Assembly: GCA_963789955.1 (NCBI GenBank) | Contig: CAWBMV010000020.1 | Location: 64,001 to 128,000 of the forward strand | Length of the DNA: 64,000 bases | Direction of reading: 5' to 3' | Origin: an uncultured Candidatus Rokubacteria bacterium | GTDB taxonomy: Bacteria > Methylomirabilota > Methylomirabilia > Rokubacteriales > CSP1-6 | Shown: in pieces, positions 21,378 to 31,064 of the stretch | Numbering within the stretch: the stretch's first letter is position 1 | How the letters are laid out: each line of letters begins with the position of its first letter | Program-made: the position numbers and the translations under genes | The notes under the pieces: model-generated | Told to the model about the DNA's origin: nothing | The model's input: the letters and a program-made list of their open reading frames with translations, nothing else | The model's database searches: none

Positions 21378-22225
21378 CGGGCGGCGCCCCGCTGGAAGAC
21401 CACCTGATCGCGGAACCGGAGATCGACCGTGCGCACGTCCTGCGTCGCGATCTGCGTCAGCACGCCCTCGAGGCGCGCCAGACGCTCGTCCCAGTCCTCG
21501 GTGCCCAGCCGCACCTCGACGCCGTCGATCGTGTAGAGGACCGGCCCCTCGCGGCGGCTCATGTCGATCTCCGAGATCTCGGCGGTGAGCCCGGTCCCGC
21601 TTCGCAAGAGCGCGCGGATCACGCCGATCGCCGCGCGGGCCTTCGGCCCGGGCGAGGTCCGCATCGACGCGAGCTCGTCCGCCGACAGGCCGCTGATGAC
21701 CGGCATCGGGGGCGCCACCGCCTCGGGCGAGGCGCCGAGCAGGCGTCCTTCCTCGTCCATCCAGTGCAGCCGCCCGCCGTGGACCAAGGTGAACGGCCGC
21801 CGTTCCTCGACGCTGATCACGACCCGGTTCGGCAGCTCGCGCACGACGTCGGCGCGGCGTACCTCCGGCAGCGACTCCACGCGGCCGATCACGCCCATGG
21901 TGTCGAGCTTGAAGATGTTGCTGCCTCGCGGGATCGCGGCCACCGCGAGGATCTGGTCGGCCGGGACGCGCGAGACGCCGCGGACCTCGACGCTCGCCAC
22001 CGCGAAGCGCTGCGTCGTCAGCAGCCAGTGCAGCGCTCCACCGCCCGCCGCGGTGATCACGACGATCGCGAGGACGACGCCGAGCAGCCGGCGCACACGG
22101 GCGCGCCGTGCGGGCCGCGGGCGCTTCGAGCGCCCCACGCGCTGACCGGCGACGAATACCGAGCGTTCGCCCATATCGGCGAGCACCGACGCTCGGCTCC
22201 TCGGCGAGCTGAGACCGCTCGGCAT
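21374..22225 (-). CDS. ftsQ: Cell division protein FtsQ/DivIB
   Basis: Single TM, POTRA domain, VEERRP, C-terminal VDLRFRDQVV; position in the dcw cluster. Confidence 0.9.
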   Translation of the reverse strand: MPSGLSSPRSRASVLADMGERSVFVAGQRVGRSKRPRPARRARVRRLLGVVLAIVVITAAGGGALHWLLTTQRFAVASVEVRGVSRVPADQILAVAAIPRGSNIFKLDTMGVIGRVESLPEVRRADVVRELPNRVVISVEERRPFTLVHGGRLHWMDEEGRLLGASPEAVAPPMPVISGLSADELASMRTSPGPKARAAIGVIRALLRSGTGLTAEISEIDMSRREGPVLYTIDGVEVRLGTEDWDERLARLEGVLTQIATQDVRTVDLRFRDQVVFQRGAAR

Positions 22226-23104
22226 CTACTCGCCGATGATCCTGATCTCGTTCTCGAGCGCGACCGAGAAATGCGACTGCACGCGCTCGCGCGTCAGGTC
22301 CATGAGCGCCAGGATGTCCGCCGCGGTCGCGCCGCCGCGGTTCACGATGAAGTTGGCGTGCTTCGACGAGATCTCGGCGCCGTTGATGCGCTTGCCCTTG
22401 AGACCGCACTTCTCGATCATCCGCGCGGCGACGTCGCCGGCCGGGTTCTTCCAGACGCAGCCGGCCGAGGCGAGCGCCAGCGGCTGGGTGGACTTCTTCA
22501 CCTTGAGCCGCGCCTTCATCTCCTTCTGAATCTCGGCCAGGGGCTTGCGATGCAGGCGCAGGCGGCAGCCGATCAGCACGGCGCCGACCGGTGCGTTGAA
22601 GTTGCGATAGGTGAACGCGCCGGGCGCCGGCTTGAATTCACCGAGCGAGCCGTCCGGATGCAGGAAGTACACGGCGCTGACGAAATCGCCGATCCAGCCG
22701 TCGGCCGTCCCGGCGTTCATCGCCAGGGCGCCGCCGATCGTGGCCGGAATCCCGACCAGGCACTCGATGCCGCCGAGATTGAGCGCGGCCGCTTCGCGGA
22801 TCAGCGCGGAGAGCGACACGCCGGCGCCGGCGATCGCCTCCTCACCGTGGAACTCGGCGCGCCCGAGGCAGCCTTCGAGCCGCAGGACGACGCCGCGCAC
22901 CCCGCGGTCCTTCACCAGCAAGTTGTTGCCGCCGCCGATCACCGAGACCGGCAGCTGCTCGCGCTCGGCGAACATGAGCGCGTGCCGAATGTCGTCCACG
23001 TCCTGTGGCACGACGAAGATGTCGGCGGTGCCGCCGATGCGGAGCGAGGTGTGGAAGCTCAGAGGCTCCTTGAACCGTACTTCCCCCCGAATCTCTCCTA
23101 GCAT
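22226..23104 (-). CDS. murB: UDP-N-acetylenolpyruvoylglucosamine reductase
   Basis: SLRIGG, GIPATIGGALAMNAG, SAGCVWKNP, KHANFIVN, LENEI. Confidence 0.95.
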   Translation of the reverse strand: MLGEIRGEVRFKEPLSFHTSLRIGGTADIFVVPQDVDDIRHALMFAEREQLPVSVIGGGNNLLVKDRGVRGVVLRLEGCLGRAEFHGEEAIAGAGVSLSALIREAAALNLGGIECLVGIPATIGGALAMNAGTADGWIGDFVSAVYFLHPDGSLGEFKPAPGAFTYRNFNAPVGAVLIGCRLRLHRKPLAEIQKEMKARLKVKKSTQPLALASAGCVWKNPAGDVAARMIEKCGLKGKRINGAEISSKHANFIVNRGGATAADILALMDLTRERVQSHFSVALENEIRIIGE

Positions 23105-23117
23105 GTGGCCCTCCCAG

Positions 23118-24497
23118 TCAACGAGTCGCGTCCAAGCGCTTCAGCAGCTCCGGGCCGAGCTGGCTCACGTCGCCGGCGCCGAGCGTGATCACGAGATCGC
23201 CACGACGGACGATCTCCGCGAGATGCTCGACGATGCGCGTGCGGTCGCTGCCGAGGTAAGTGACATCGCGATGGCCATGCGAGCGGATCCCGTCCGCGAG
23301 ATCCCGGCCCGAGACACCGGGGATCGACGGCTCGCCGGCCGCATAGACGTCCATCACGATCAGCACGTCAGCCAGATTGAACGCCGTGAGGAACTCTTGC
23401 CGCAGGTGCAACGTTCGCGTGTAGCGGTGCGGCTGGAACACCGTCACGACCCGGCAGTCGAACCCGGCCTTGGCGGCGGCCAGGGTCGCCCGGATCTCGG
23501 CGGGATGGTGGCCGTAGTCGTCGACCACCGTGACGCCGCGCGAGCGGCCGAGGATCTGAAACCGGCGCTGGACTCCGGAGAAGCCGGCCAGCGCTTTCTG
23601 GATCGTGGCGAACGGGATTTCGAGGTCGAGCCCGACACCGACCGCCGCGAGCGCGTTGAGCACGTTGTGGCGCCCCGGGATCTGGAGGGTGACCTCGCCG
23701 AGCAGGCTCTCGCGCTGATAGACCTCGAAGCGGCTGGTCATGCCCGAGAGCTGCAGCCGGCGCGCGACGAGGTCCGCGCCCGACTCGAGCCCGTACGAGA
23801 TGATCCGCTTCTCGATGCGCGGGATCAGGAGCTGGATGTTCGGCTGATCCAGGCACAGCACCGCCGAGCCGTAGAACGGCACCTTGTTGACGAACGCGAC
23901 GAACGCGTCGCGGATCGCGTCGAGGCTCCCGTAGTGGTCGAGGTGCTCGGCGTCGACCGTCGTGACGACCGCGATCGTCGGCGCCAGCTTCAGGAACGAC
24001 CCGTCGGACTCGTCGGCCTCGGCGATGAGGAATTCGCCCTGGCCCAGCCGCGCGTTCGAGCCGAGGCTCGACACTCGCCCTCCCACGACGATCGTCGGAT
24101 CGAGGCGGCCCTCGGCCAGGACGGCGCCGACCATCGACGTCGTGGTCGTCTTGCCATGCGTGCCCGCCACCGCGATGCCGTACTTGAGGCGCATCAGCTC
24201 GGCGAGCATCTCCGCGCGCGGGATCGCCGGGATCTGGCGCTCGCGCGCGGCCTGGACCTCGACGTTGTCCCGCGAGACCGCCGAGGAATAGACGACGACG
24301 TGCGCGCCCTCGACGTTCGAGGCCTGGTGGCCGATGAACACCTTCGCGCCGAGCTCGGCGAGCCGCTCGACCGCGTCACCCTTCTTCTGATCGGAGCCGG
24401 TCACGCGATAGCCGAGGTTCAGCAAGATCTCGGCGATGCCGGACATGCCGATCCCGCCGATCCCCACGAAGTGGATCTGCTGGTAGCGCTTAAACAT
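23118..24497 (-). CDS. murC: UDP-N-acetylmuramate--L-alanine ligase
   Basis: [39 protein letters not shown]. Confidence 0.97.
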   Translation of the reverse strand: MFKRYQQIHFVGIGGIGMSGIAEILLNLGYRVTGSDQKKGDAVERLAELGAKVFIGHQASNVEGAHVVVYSSAVSRDNVEVQAARERQIPAIPRAEMLAELMRLKYGIAVAGTHGKTTTTSMVGAVLAEGRLDPTIVVGGRVSSLGSNARLGQGEFLIAEADESDGSFLKLAPTIAVVTTVDAEHLDHYGSLDAIRDAFVAFVNKVPFYGSAVLCLDQPNIQLLIPRIEKRIISYGLESGADLVARRLQLSGMTSRFEVYQRESLLGEVTLQIPGRHNVLNALAAVGVGLDLEIPFATIQKALAGFSGVQRRFQILGRSRGVTVVDDYGHHPAEIRATLAAAKAGFDCRVVTVFQPHRYTRTLHLRQEFLTAFNLADVLIVMDVYAAGEPSIPGVSGRDLADGIRSHGHRDVTYLGSDRTRIVEHLAEIVRRGDLVITLGAGDVSQLGPELLKRLDATR

Positions 24498-25587
24498 GGG
24501 CTTGCTGGGAGATGTTCAGCAGCACTCCCGTCGAGAGCATCGTGACCAGCAAGGCCGAGCCGCCGAACGAGATGAACGGCAGCGGCAGTCCCTTGGTCGG
24601 CAAGAGCCCGGTGACGACACCGAGGTTCACCAGCACCTGGGTGGCGATCAGCATGGTGATCCCGAGGGCCAGGTAGCCGCCGAAGGGATCGGGCGCGCGC
24701 AGGCCGATCCGGAGACCGCGCCAGATCAAGACCACGAAGAGCGCCACGATGATGAGCGCGCCCACCAGGCCCAGCTCCTCGCCGACGATCGCGAAGATGA
24801 AATCCGTGTGCGACTCGGGAAGGTAGAAGAGCTTCTGGCGAGACGCGCCGATGCCCTGGCCGAAGATCCCGCCGTTCCCGAACGCCAGCCACGACTGGAT
24901 GATCTGGAATCCGCTGCCGCGCGGATCCGACCACGGATCGATGAACGCGACGATGCGGCGCAGCCGGTACGGCGCGACCCAGATCGCCACCGCGAGCGGC
25001 GGCAATGCCGCCAGCACGATGAGCCCGAGGTGGCGCGCGTGGCCGCCGGCCAGGAACAGCAACGTGAACGTGAGCGTGATGAGCGTGAGACAGTTGCCGA
25101 GATCCGGCTGCGCCAGCACGAGCAGCGCCAGGAGCCCGGCCACGGCGAGCGGCGGCACGAGCCCGCGCCGGAAGTCCGAGATCTCTTCGCCCTTCTTCGC
25201 GAGGAACGCCGCGAGATACACGACGAGCGCCAGCTTGGCGAGCTCCGCCGGCTGAAACGAGACGGGGCCGAGGCGGATCCAGCGCCGGGTGCCGTTGATC
25301 GCCTGGCCGAACGGCGAGACGAGCACGAGCACCAGGAGCACGCCGGCGAAGATCAGGAGCGGCAACACGAACCGCTCGAGCCGGCGATAGTCGATGCGGA
25401 TCGCCATCCACATGCAGGCGGCGCCGAGCAGCGCCCAGAAGATCTGCTTCTTGAGGAAGAAGTACGGATCGTGGAAGCGATCGGCCGCGACGATCGCGCT
25501 CGCCGAATAGACCATCACCACGCCCGCCGAGAGCAGGACGACGGCGACGCCGAAGAGCCAGATGTCGGGCGCGAGCTTCCTGGGCAT
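24490..25587 (-). CDS. ftsW: SEDS peptidoglycan polymerase FtsW
   Basis: [41 protein letters not shown]. Confidence 0.96.
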   Translation of the reverse strand: MPRKLAPDIWLFGVAVVLLSAGVVMVYSASAIVAADRFHDPYFFLKKQIFWALLGAACMWMAIRIDYRRLERFVLPLLIFAGVLLVLVLVSPFGQAINGTRRWIRLGPVSFQPAELAKLALVVYLAAFLAKKGEEISDFRRGLVPPLAVAGLLALLVLAQPDLGNCLTLITLTFTLLFLAGGHARHLGLIVLAALPPLAVAIWVAPYRLRRIVAFIDPWSDPRGSGFQIIQSWLAFGNGGIFGQGIGASRQKLFYLPESHTDFIFAIVGEELGLVGALIIVALFVVLIWRGLRIGLRAPDPFGGYLALGITMLIATQVLVNLGVVTGLLPTKGLPLPFISFGGSALLVTMLSTGVLLNISQQAHV

Positions 25588-25589
25588 TA

Positions 25590-25638
25590 GGTGGAATGGG
25601 GGGGAGCGAGCGCCGCTCCTCCCCCATCCCCCCCCACC
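25590..25638. repeat. G/C-run hairpin between murD and ftsW
   Basis: ATGGGGG-GGAGCG pairs with CGCTCC-T-CCCCCAT; outer GTGG/CCAC. Confidence 0.6.
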
Positions 25639-25672
25639 GTTCGGAGGAACGTGCGACGCGGCGTTCTCGACA

Positions 25673-27079
25673 TCAGTCGAGCCGCTCCACGATTTTTTTG
25701 AAAACCTCACCGCGATGTTCAAAGTTGTCGAACATGTCGAACGAGGCGCAGGCCGGCGAGAGCAGCACGATGCTGCCCGGCGTCGCGACCGCGCGCGCCC
25801 GATCGACGGCGTCCTGGAGCGACGGGGAGAACGTCACCGGAACGGACGCGGCCCCGAGCGCGGCGCCGATCTTCGCGGCGTCCTCGCCGATGAGGACCGC
25901 GTGCGCGACGCTCCGGCGGGCCGCGGCGGCGAGCGGCTTGAAGTCCTGGCCCTTGCCCTTGCCGCCCGCGATCAGCACGATCGGCTCCGAGAAGCTCTCG
26001 AGCGCCCGCAAGGTCGAGTCGACGTTCGTGCCCTTCGAATCGTTGTAGTACTTGACGCCGGCGAGGTCGCGTACCCATTCGATCCGATGGGCCACGCCGC
26101 GGAAGCGGCCGACCGCCGCGCGGATCGCCGCCGGTGAGACACCCGTCCAGAGGGCGCACGCCGTCGCCGCCAGCACGTTCTCGATGTTGTGCTGGCCGCG
26201 CAGGAAGATCTCCGACAGGGGGCAGATTTCCTCGACGTGACCGTTGAGCTTCGCCGCGATCTGGCCGTCGCGGACGAAGACCCCGTGCGACAGCTCGCGG
26301 CGCCGGCTGAACCACACCACCGGCGCCTTCGCCCGCGAGGCCATCGCCCGTGTCGCCTCGTCGTCGGCGTTCAGCACGGCGCAGTCGGCGGAGGTCTGGT
26401 TGGCGAAGATCCGCGCCTTCGCATCCCCGTACGCCTCGAAGGTCCGGTGACGATCGAGATGGTCGGGGGTGAGGTTCAGCACCACCGCGACCCTCGGCTG
26501 AAAGAGCTCGGTGGTCTCGAGCTGGAAGCTCGACACCTCGCAGACGACCAGCCCGTCGGCCGGGAACGTGAGCGCGTGGGCGGCGAGCGGCGTGCCGATG
26601 TTGCCGGCCACCAGCACCGGCCGCGGCTGCAGCGCCAGGATGGAGCCCGTCAGCGCGGTCGTCGTGGTCTTGCCGTTGGTTCCGGTGATCGCGATCGTGT
26701 CCGCTTCGGTCGCGCGCCAGCCGAGCTCGAGCTCGCCGATGATCGGCACGTGCCGGGCGCGCACCGCCGTGAGCGGCGGCGCGTCGAGGGGGACGCCGGG
26801 GCTCACCACCACCAGCTCGGCGCCGGCGAACGCCGCCATCGGATCCGCGGGCCCGGTGACGAGGCGCACCCCGATCTCGGCCAGCGCCGCCACCTCGCGC
26901 CCGAGGGCCGCGACGGGCTTCGCGTCGGTGCCCACGACGTCGGCGCCGACCGCGCGCAGGAGGCGGGCCGCGGCGACGCCGCTCTTGGCGAGGCCGAACA
27001 CCGTCACGCGACGTCCCGCGAGCGAGCGCAGATATGCCTGACCGCGAGTGGCCATGTCGACCTCGTCGAGCGCGTTCAC
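25673..27079 (-). CDS. murD: UDP-N-acetylmuramoyl-L-alanine--D-glutamate ligase
   Basis: GLAKSG, SPGVP, TGTNGKTTT, EVSSFQL, DHLDRH, NDSKGTN, SPACASFD. Confidence 0.97.
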   Translation of the reverse strand: MNALDEVDMATRGQAYLRSLAGRRVTVFGLAKSGVAAARLLRAVGADVVGTDAKPVAALGREVAALAEIGVRLVTGPADPMAAFAGAELVVVSPGVPLDAPPLTAVRARHVPIIGELELGWRATEADTIAITGTNGKTTTTALTGSILALQPRPVLVAGNIGTPLAAHALTFPADGLVVCEVSSFQLETTELFQPRVAVVLNLTPDHLDRHRTFEAYGDAKARIFANQTSADCAVLNADDEATRAMASRAKAPVVWFSRRRELSHGVFVRDGQIAAKLNGHVEEICPLSEIFLRGQHNIENVLAATACALWTGVSPAAIRAAVGRFRGVAHRIEWVRDLAGVKYYNDSKGTNVDSTLRALESFSEPIVLIAGGKGKGQDFKPLAAAARRSVAHAVLIGEDAAKIGAALGAASVPVTFSPSLQDAVDRARAVATPGSIVLLSPACASFDMFDNFEHRGEVFKKIVERLD

Positions 27080-27086
27080 GCCGCCC

Positions 27087-28166
27087 TCATCGGAGCTTCA
27101 ACGTCGTGATGGCCAGGAGCGCCAGCGCGAACGAGACGATCCAGAATCGGACGACGATCTTCGGCTCGGGCCATCCGGACAGCTCGTAGTGATGGTGCAA
27201 GGGCGCCATGCGAAAGACGCGGCGTCCGGTCATCTTGAAGCTCGCGACCTGGATGATCACCGAGAGCGCTTCCACGACGTAGAGTCCGCCGATCAGCGGC
27301 AACAAGAGCTCGGCCTTCGTCAACACCGCGAGCGTGCCGATCGCGCCGCCCAGGGCCAGCGAGCCCGCGTCGCCCATGAAGATCTCGGCCGGATGACAGT
27401 TGAACCAGAGAAAGCCGATCGCCGCGCCGATCAGCGCGCCGCAGAAGACCGTCAGCTCGCCCGCCCCGCGCACGTTGAGAATCTTCAAGTAGTCGGCCGC
27501 CCGGAAGTTGCCCGTGAGGTACGCGATCACCCCGAAGGCCGCGCCGGCCATGATGACCGGGCCGATCGCCAGCCCGTCGAGGCCGTCCGTGAGATTCACC
27601 GCGTTCGAGGCGCCCACGACGACGAGGATCGTGAACGGAATCCAGAGCCAGCCGAGGTTCACGAGCCAACCCTTGAAGAACGGAATGGCCAGCACCGGCA
27701 GCCAGGCGCTCGGCGGCTGCCAGAACACGAGCTGCAGCACGGCGAAGGCCACCACGACCTGGGCGACGAACTTGACGCGCGTCGAGATCCCCTTGCGGCG
27801 CCGCAGCTTGGTCGCGTCGTCCCAGACCCCGATGAGCCCGAAGCCGCCGGTCGCCAGGACCGCCACCCAGATGTAGCGATTGGCGAGGTTGGCCCAGAGC
27901 AAGGTCGTCGCGATGAGCGCCGTGAGGATGACGAGCCCGCCCATCGTCGGCGTGCCCTTCTTCGTGCGATGCCGCTCGGGCGTGTCCTCCCGGATCGTCT
28001 CGCCGCCGTGCTGCGCGATCCGGAGCCGCCGGATGATCCACGGGCCGACCACCAGCGAGATGATGAACGCCGAGATCAGCGCCATGAACGACCGGAAGGT
28101 CAGATAGCGAAAGACGTTGAAGACGATGTGGTCTTTCGCGAGCGGGACGAGGAGGTAATAGAGCAT
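27087..28166 (-). CDS. mraY: Phospho-N-acetylmuramoyl-pentapeptide transferase
   Basis: KKGTPTMGG, NAVNLTDGLDGL, FMGDAGS, MAPLHHH. Confidence 0.97.
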   Translation of the reverse strand: MLYYLLVPLAKDHIVFNVFRYLTFRSFMALISAFIISLVVGPWIIRRLRIAQHGGETIREDTPERHRTKKGTPTMGGLVILTALIATTLLWANLANRYIWVAVLATGGFGLIGVWDDATKLRRRKGISTRVKFVAQVVVAFAVLQLVFWQPPSAWLPVLAIPFFKGWLVNLGWLWIPFTILVVVGASNAVNLTDGLDGLAIGPVIMAGAAFGVIAYLTGNFRAADYLKILNVRGAGELTVFCGALIGAAIGFLWFNCHPAEIFMGDAGSLALGGAIGTLAVLTKAELLLPLIGGLYVVEALSVIIQVASFKMTGRRVFRMAPLHHHYELSGWPEPKIVVRFWIVSFALALLAITTLKLR

Positions 28167-28175
28167 CCGTCCCTT

Positions 28176-29565
28176 TCATCGGGCCAGGCGCGCCACCAGC
28201 GCATCCACGACCCGCTCCATGCGCATGCCCCGCGAGCCCTTGACGAGCACGACGTCACCGGGGGCCACGCCCTTGAGGAGGTGGGCAACCGTGTCCTCGA
28301 ACGTCGTTGCGTGGTGCGCGCCGGCCAGGCCCGCGCCGCGGGCGGTCTCGACGGCGAGGCGCGCGAATCGTCCGACGCCCACGAACTCGTCGGCGCCCGC
28401 CGCGACCACCGAGCGTCCCATCTCCTGGTGCGCTTCCTCGGCGATCGCGCCGAGCTCCAGCATATCGCCGAGGACGACGATGAGCCGGCCGGACGACGCG
28501 GCACGGCGCGCGGCGACCGTCTCGAGGGCCGCGCGGACCGACACCGGATTCGCGTTGTAGGTGTCGTCGAGAATGCTGACGCCGCCCGCATCCCGCCAGA
28601 CGCAGCGGCCGGCCGCCGGCCGCGCTTCCGAGAGGCCGCGCGCGATCTCCTCCAGCGGCCAGCCGAGCGCCACCCCCACGCCGGCCGCGGCCAGCGCATT
28701 CGTCACGTTGTGACGGCCGGCGAAGGCCAGGGTCACGGGCACGCGGACACCGCCGCTCTCGAGCGTGAACGCGAGGGACTGCCCGCGCTCGACGATGTCG
28801 CCGGTCGCCCGCACGTCGGCGCCGGCCGCTCGACCGTAGGTGATGACGGGCGCTCGCGAGTCTCGCGCCATGCTCGCCACGCGCGGATCGTCGGCGTTCA
28901 GCACGGCGCGCCCCTCGGTCCCGAGCGCCTTGACGAGCTCGACCTTCTCGGCGCGGACGCCGTCGAGCGAGCCGAGAAACTCCGTGTGAGCCTGCGCGAC
29001 CGTCGTCACGGCGGCCACCGTCGGCTGCGCCAGCCCGGCGAGCGTGGCGATCTCGCCGGGGTGCTGGGTGCCGATCTCGAGCACGAGCGCCTGGTGGTCC
29101 GGGGTCAGCTTGAGCAAGCGTCAGCGGAAGACCCCACTGGTTGTTGAAGCTCCCGCTCGGCTTCAGCACGTGCCAGCGCATGCCGAGCACGCCGGCGATC
29201 AGCTCTTTCGTGGTCGTCTTCCCGTTCGAGCCCGTCACCGCGACGACCGGAATCGTGAACCGGGCGCGGTGGTACGCCGCGAGCAGGCCGAGCGCGCGGG
29301 TCGTGTCCTCCACGAGCACGAGCGGGACGTTGGCCGGCACGTCGTCGTGCAGCGTGTGGACCACCAGGCACGCCGCGCCGCGCGAGGCGGCATCGGCCAG
29401 AAACGCGTGACCGTCGAGGCGATAGCCACGGATCGCGAAGAAGGCTTCACCGACCCCGAGCGCTCGGGAATCGATCGAGACCCCGGTGATGGGCACACCG
29501 AGATCACCCGCGACGAGGGCGCCCTGCGTGGCGCGCACGATGTCCTGGACGGTGAATAGTGGCAC
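28176..29565 (-). CDS. murF: UDP-N-acetylmuramoyl-tripeptide--D-Ala-D-Ala ligase (frameshift ~29120)
   Basis: DSR, TGSNGKTTTKE, FNNQWGLPLT, DDTYNANP, GDMLELG, KGSRGM. Confidence 0.93.
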
Positions 29566-29572
29566 GGTCGCT

Positions 29573-31063
29573 CTAGGTCCTCTCTCCCGACAGGATCCGC
29601 CGCGCGACCTCACGGTCGTCGAACGGCAGCACGTCGGCGCCCACGATCTGATAGGTCTCGTGACCCTTTCCGGCGATGACCACCGTGTCACCCGCCTCGG
29701 CCCAGCCGAGCACCGCCCGGATCGCGCGCGCGCGATCGGGCTCGGTCGCGAAGCGGCCCGGCGCCGTACCGGCCCGCCGCACGCCGACGACGATCTCGTC
29801 GATGATCGCCTGCGGACGCTCCGAGCGCGGGTTGTCCGAGGTCACCCACACCTGGTCACACAGGCGCGCGGCGATCTCGCCCATGATCGGGCGCTTGGTG
29901 CGATCTCGATCGCCGCCGCATCCGAAGACGACCGCGAGCCGCCGGCGCGTCAGCTTGCGCGCGGTGGTCAGCACGCGCTCGAGCGCGTCGGGCGTGTGGG
30001 CGTAGTCGACGACCACGAGAAATGGCTGACCGGCCCGCACCTGCTCGAAGCGGCCGGGCACGGTGCCGACCTCGCCGAGCGCCCGTGCGATCGCGGCCGG
30101 CTCGAGGCCCAGCCCCAGACCTGTCCCGACTGCGCCGAGCAGGTTCATCACGTTGTGCTCGCCGATGAGCGGCGACGTGAGCGTCAGCCGGCCGCGCGGC
30201 GTCTCGACCGTCATCCGGATGCCGTCGAGCGACGACTCGTGCTGGACCGCTCTGACCCGCGCGGCCGCGCCCAGGCCGAACGTGAGGACGTTCAGATCGA
30301 GCCCCTCCACCATCGACATCCCGGCCGGATCGTCCGCGTTGACCACGGCCGTGCGCGCGGGCTTCGGCGATTCGGCGAGCAGCTCGAAGAGCCGGCGCTT
30401 GGCGAGCCGATAGCTCTCGAGCGTGCCGTGAAAGTCGAGATGGTCCTGGGTCAGGTTCGTGAAGACCGCGACGTCGAACGCGATCCCGTCGGCACGGGCC
30501 AGCGACAGCGCGTGCGACGACACCTCCATCGCGACGCCGCGAACCCCTCGGTCACGCATGTGCGCGAGCATCGCCTGAAGGTCGAGCGCCTCCGGCGTCG
30601 TCTGATTGGCCGGTCGCGTCTCGTCACCCAGGACGTACCCGATCGTGCCGATCACGCCCGTGGCGAGGCCGCGCGCGCGCAGCAGGGCCTCGATCAGATA
30701 CGACGTCGTCGTCTTTCCGTTGGTCCCGGTGATGCCGACGAGCGAGAGCTGCCGCGACGGGTGGCCGTAGAACGCGCCCGCGAGCCGCGCGAGCGAGACC
30801 CGCACCGACGGCACCAGCACCTGAGCCACCGGCAGGTCGGCGACCGGCTCACCCTCGGTGACCACGATCGCGGCACCGCGCCGGATGGCGTCCGGGATGA
30901 AGCGGCGCCCGTCCTGCTTGAACCCGGGAACCGCCACGAAGCAGCCGCCGGGCTCGACCTTGCGCGAGTCGCCGGCGATGGACGACACCGAGCGCGGCGG
31001 CTGGCCGATCACGCGCTTCTCGGGGAGCGCCGCGAGCAGCTCGCTCATGGCCGCACCCGCCAT
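29573..31063 (-). CDS. murE: UDP-N-acetylmuramoyl-dipeptide--meso-DAP ligase
   Basis: TGTNGKTTT, MEVSSH, DHLDFH, DYAHTPD, DNPR (DAP-type specificity motif), GKGHE. Confidence 0.96.
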   Translation of the reverse strand: MAGAAMSELLAALPEKRVIGQPPRSVSSIAGDSRKVEPGGCFVAVPGFKQDGRRFIPDAIRRGAAIVVTEGEPVADLPVAQVLVPSVRVSLARLAGAFYGHPSRQLSLVGITGTNGKTTTSYLIEALLRARGLATGVIGTIGYVLGDETRPANQTTPEALDLQAMLAHMRDRGVRGVAMEVSSHALSLARADGIAFDVAVFTNLTQDHLDFHGTLESYRLAKRRLFELLAESPKPARTAVVNADDPAGMSMVEGLDLNVLTFGLGAAARVRAVQHESSLDGIRMTVETPRGRLTLTSPLIGEHNVMNLLGAVGTGLGLGLEPAAIARALGEVGTVPGRFEQVRAGQPFLVVVDYAHTPDALERVLTTARKLTRRRLAVVFGCGGDRDRTKRPIMGEIAARLCDQVWVTSDNPRSERPQAIIDEIVVGVRRAGTAPGRFATEPDRARAIRAVLGWAEAGDTVVIAGKGHETYQIVGADVLPFDDREVARRILSGERT

Positions 31064-31064
31064 G

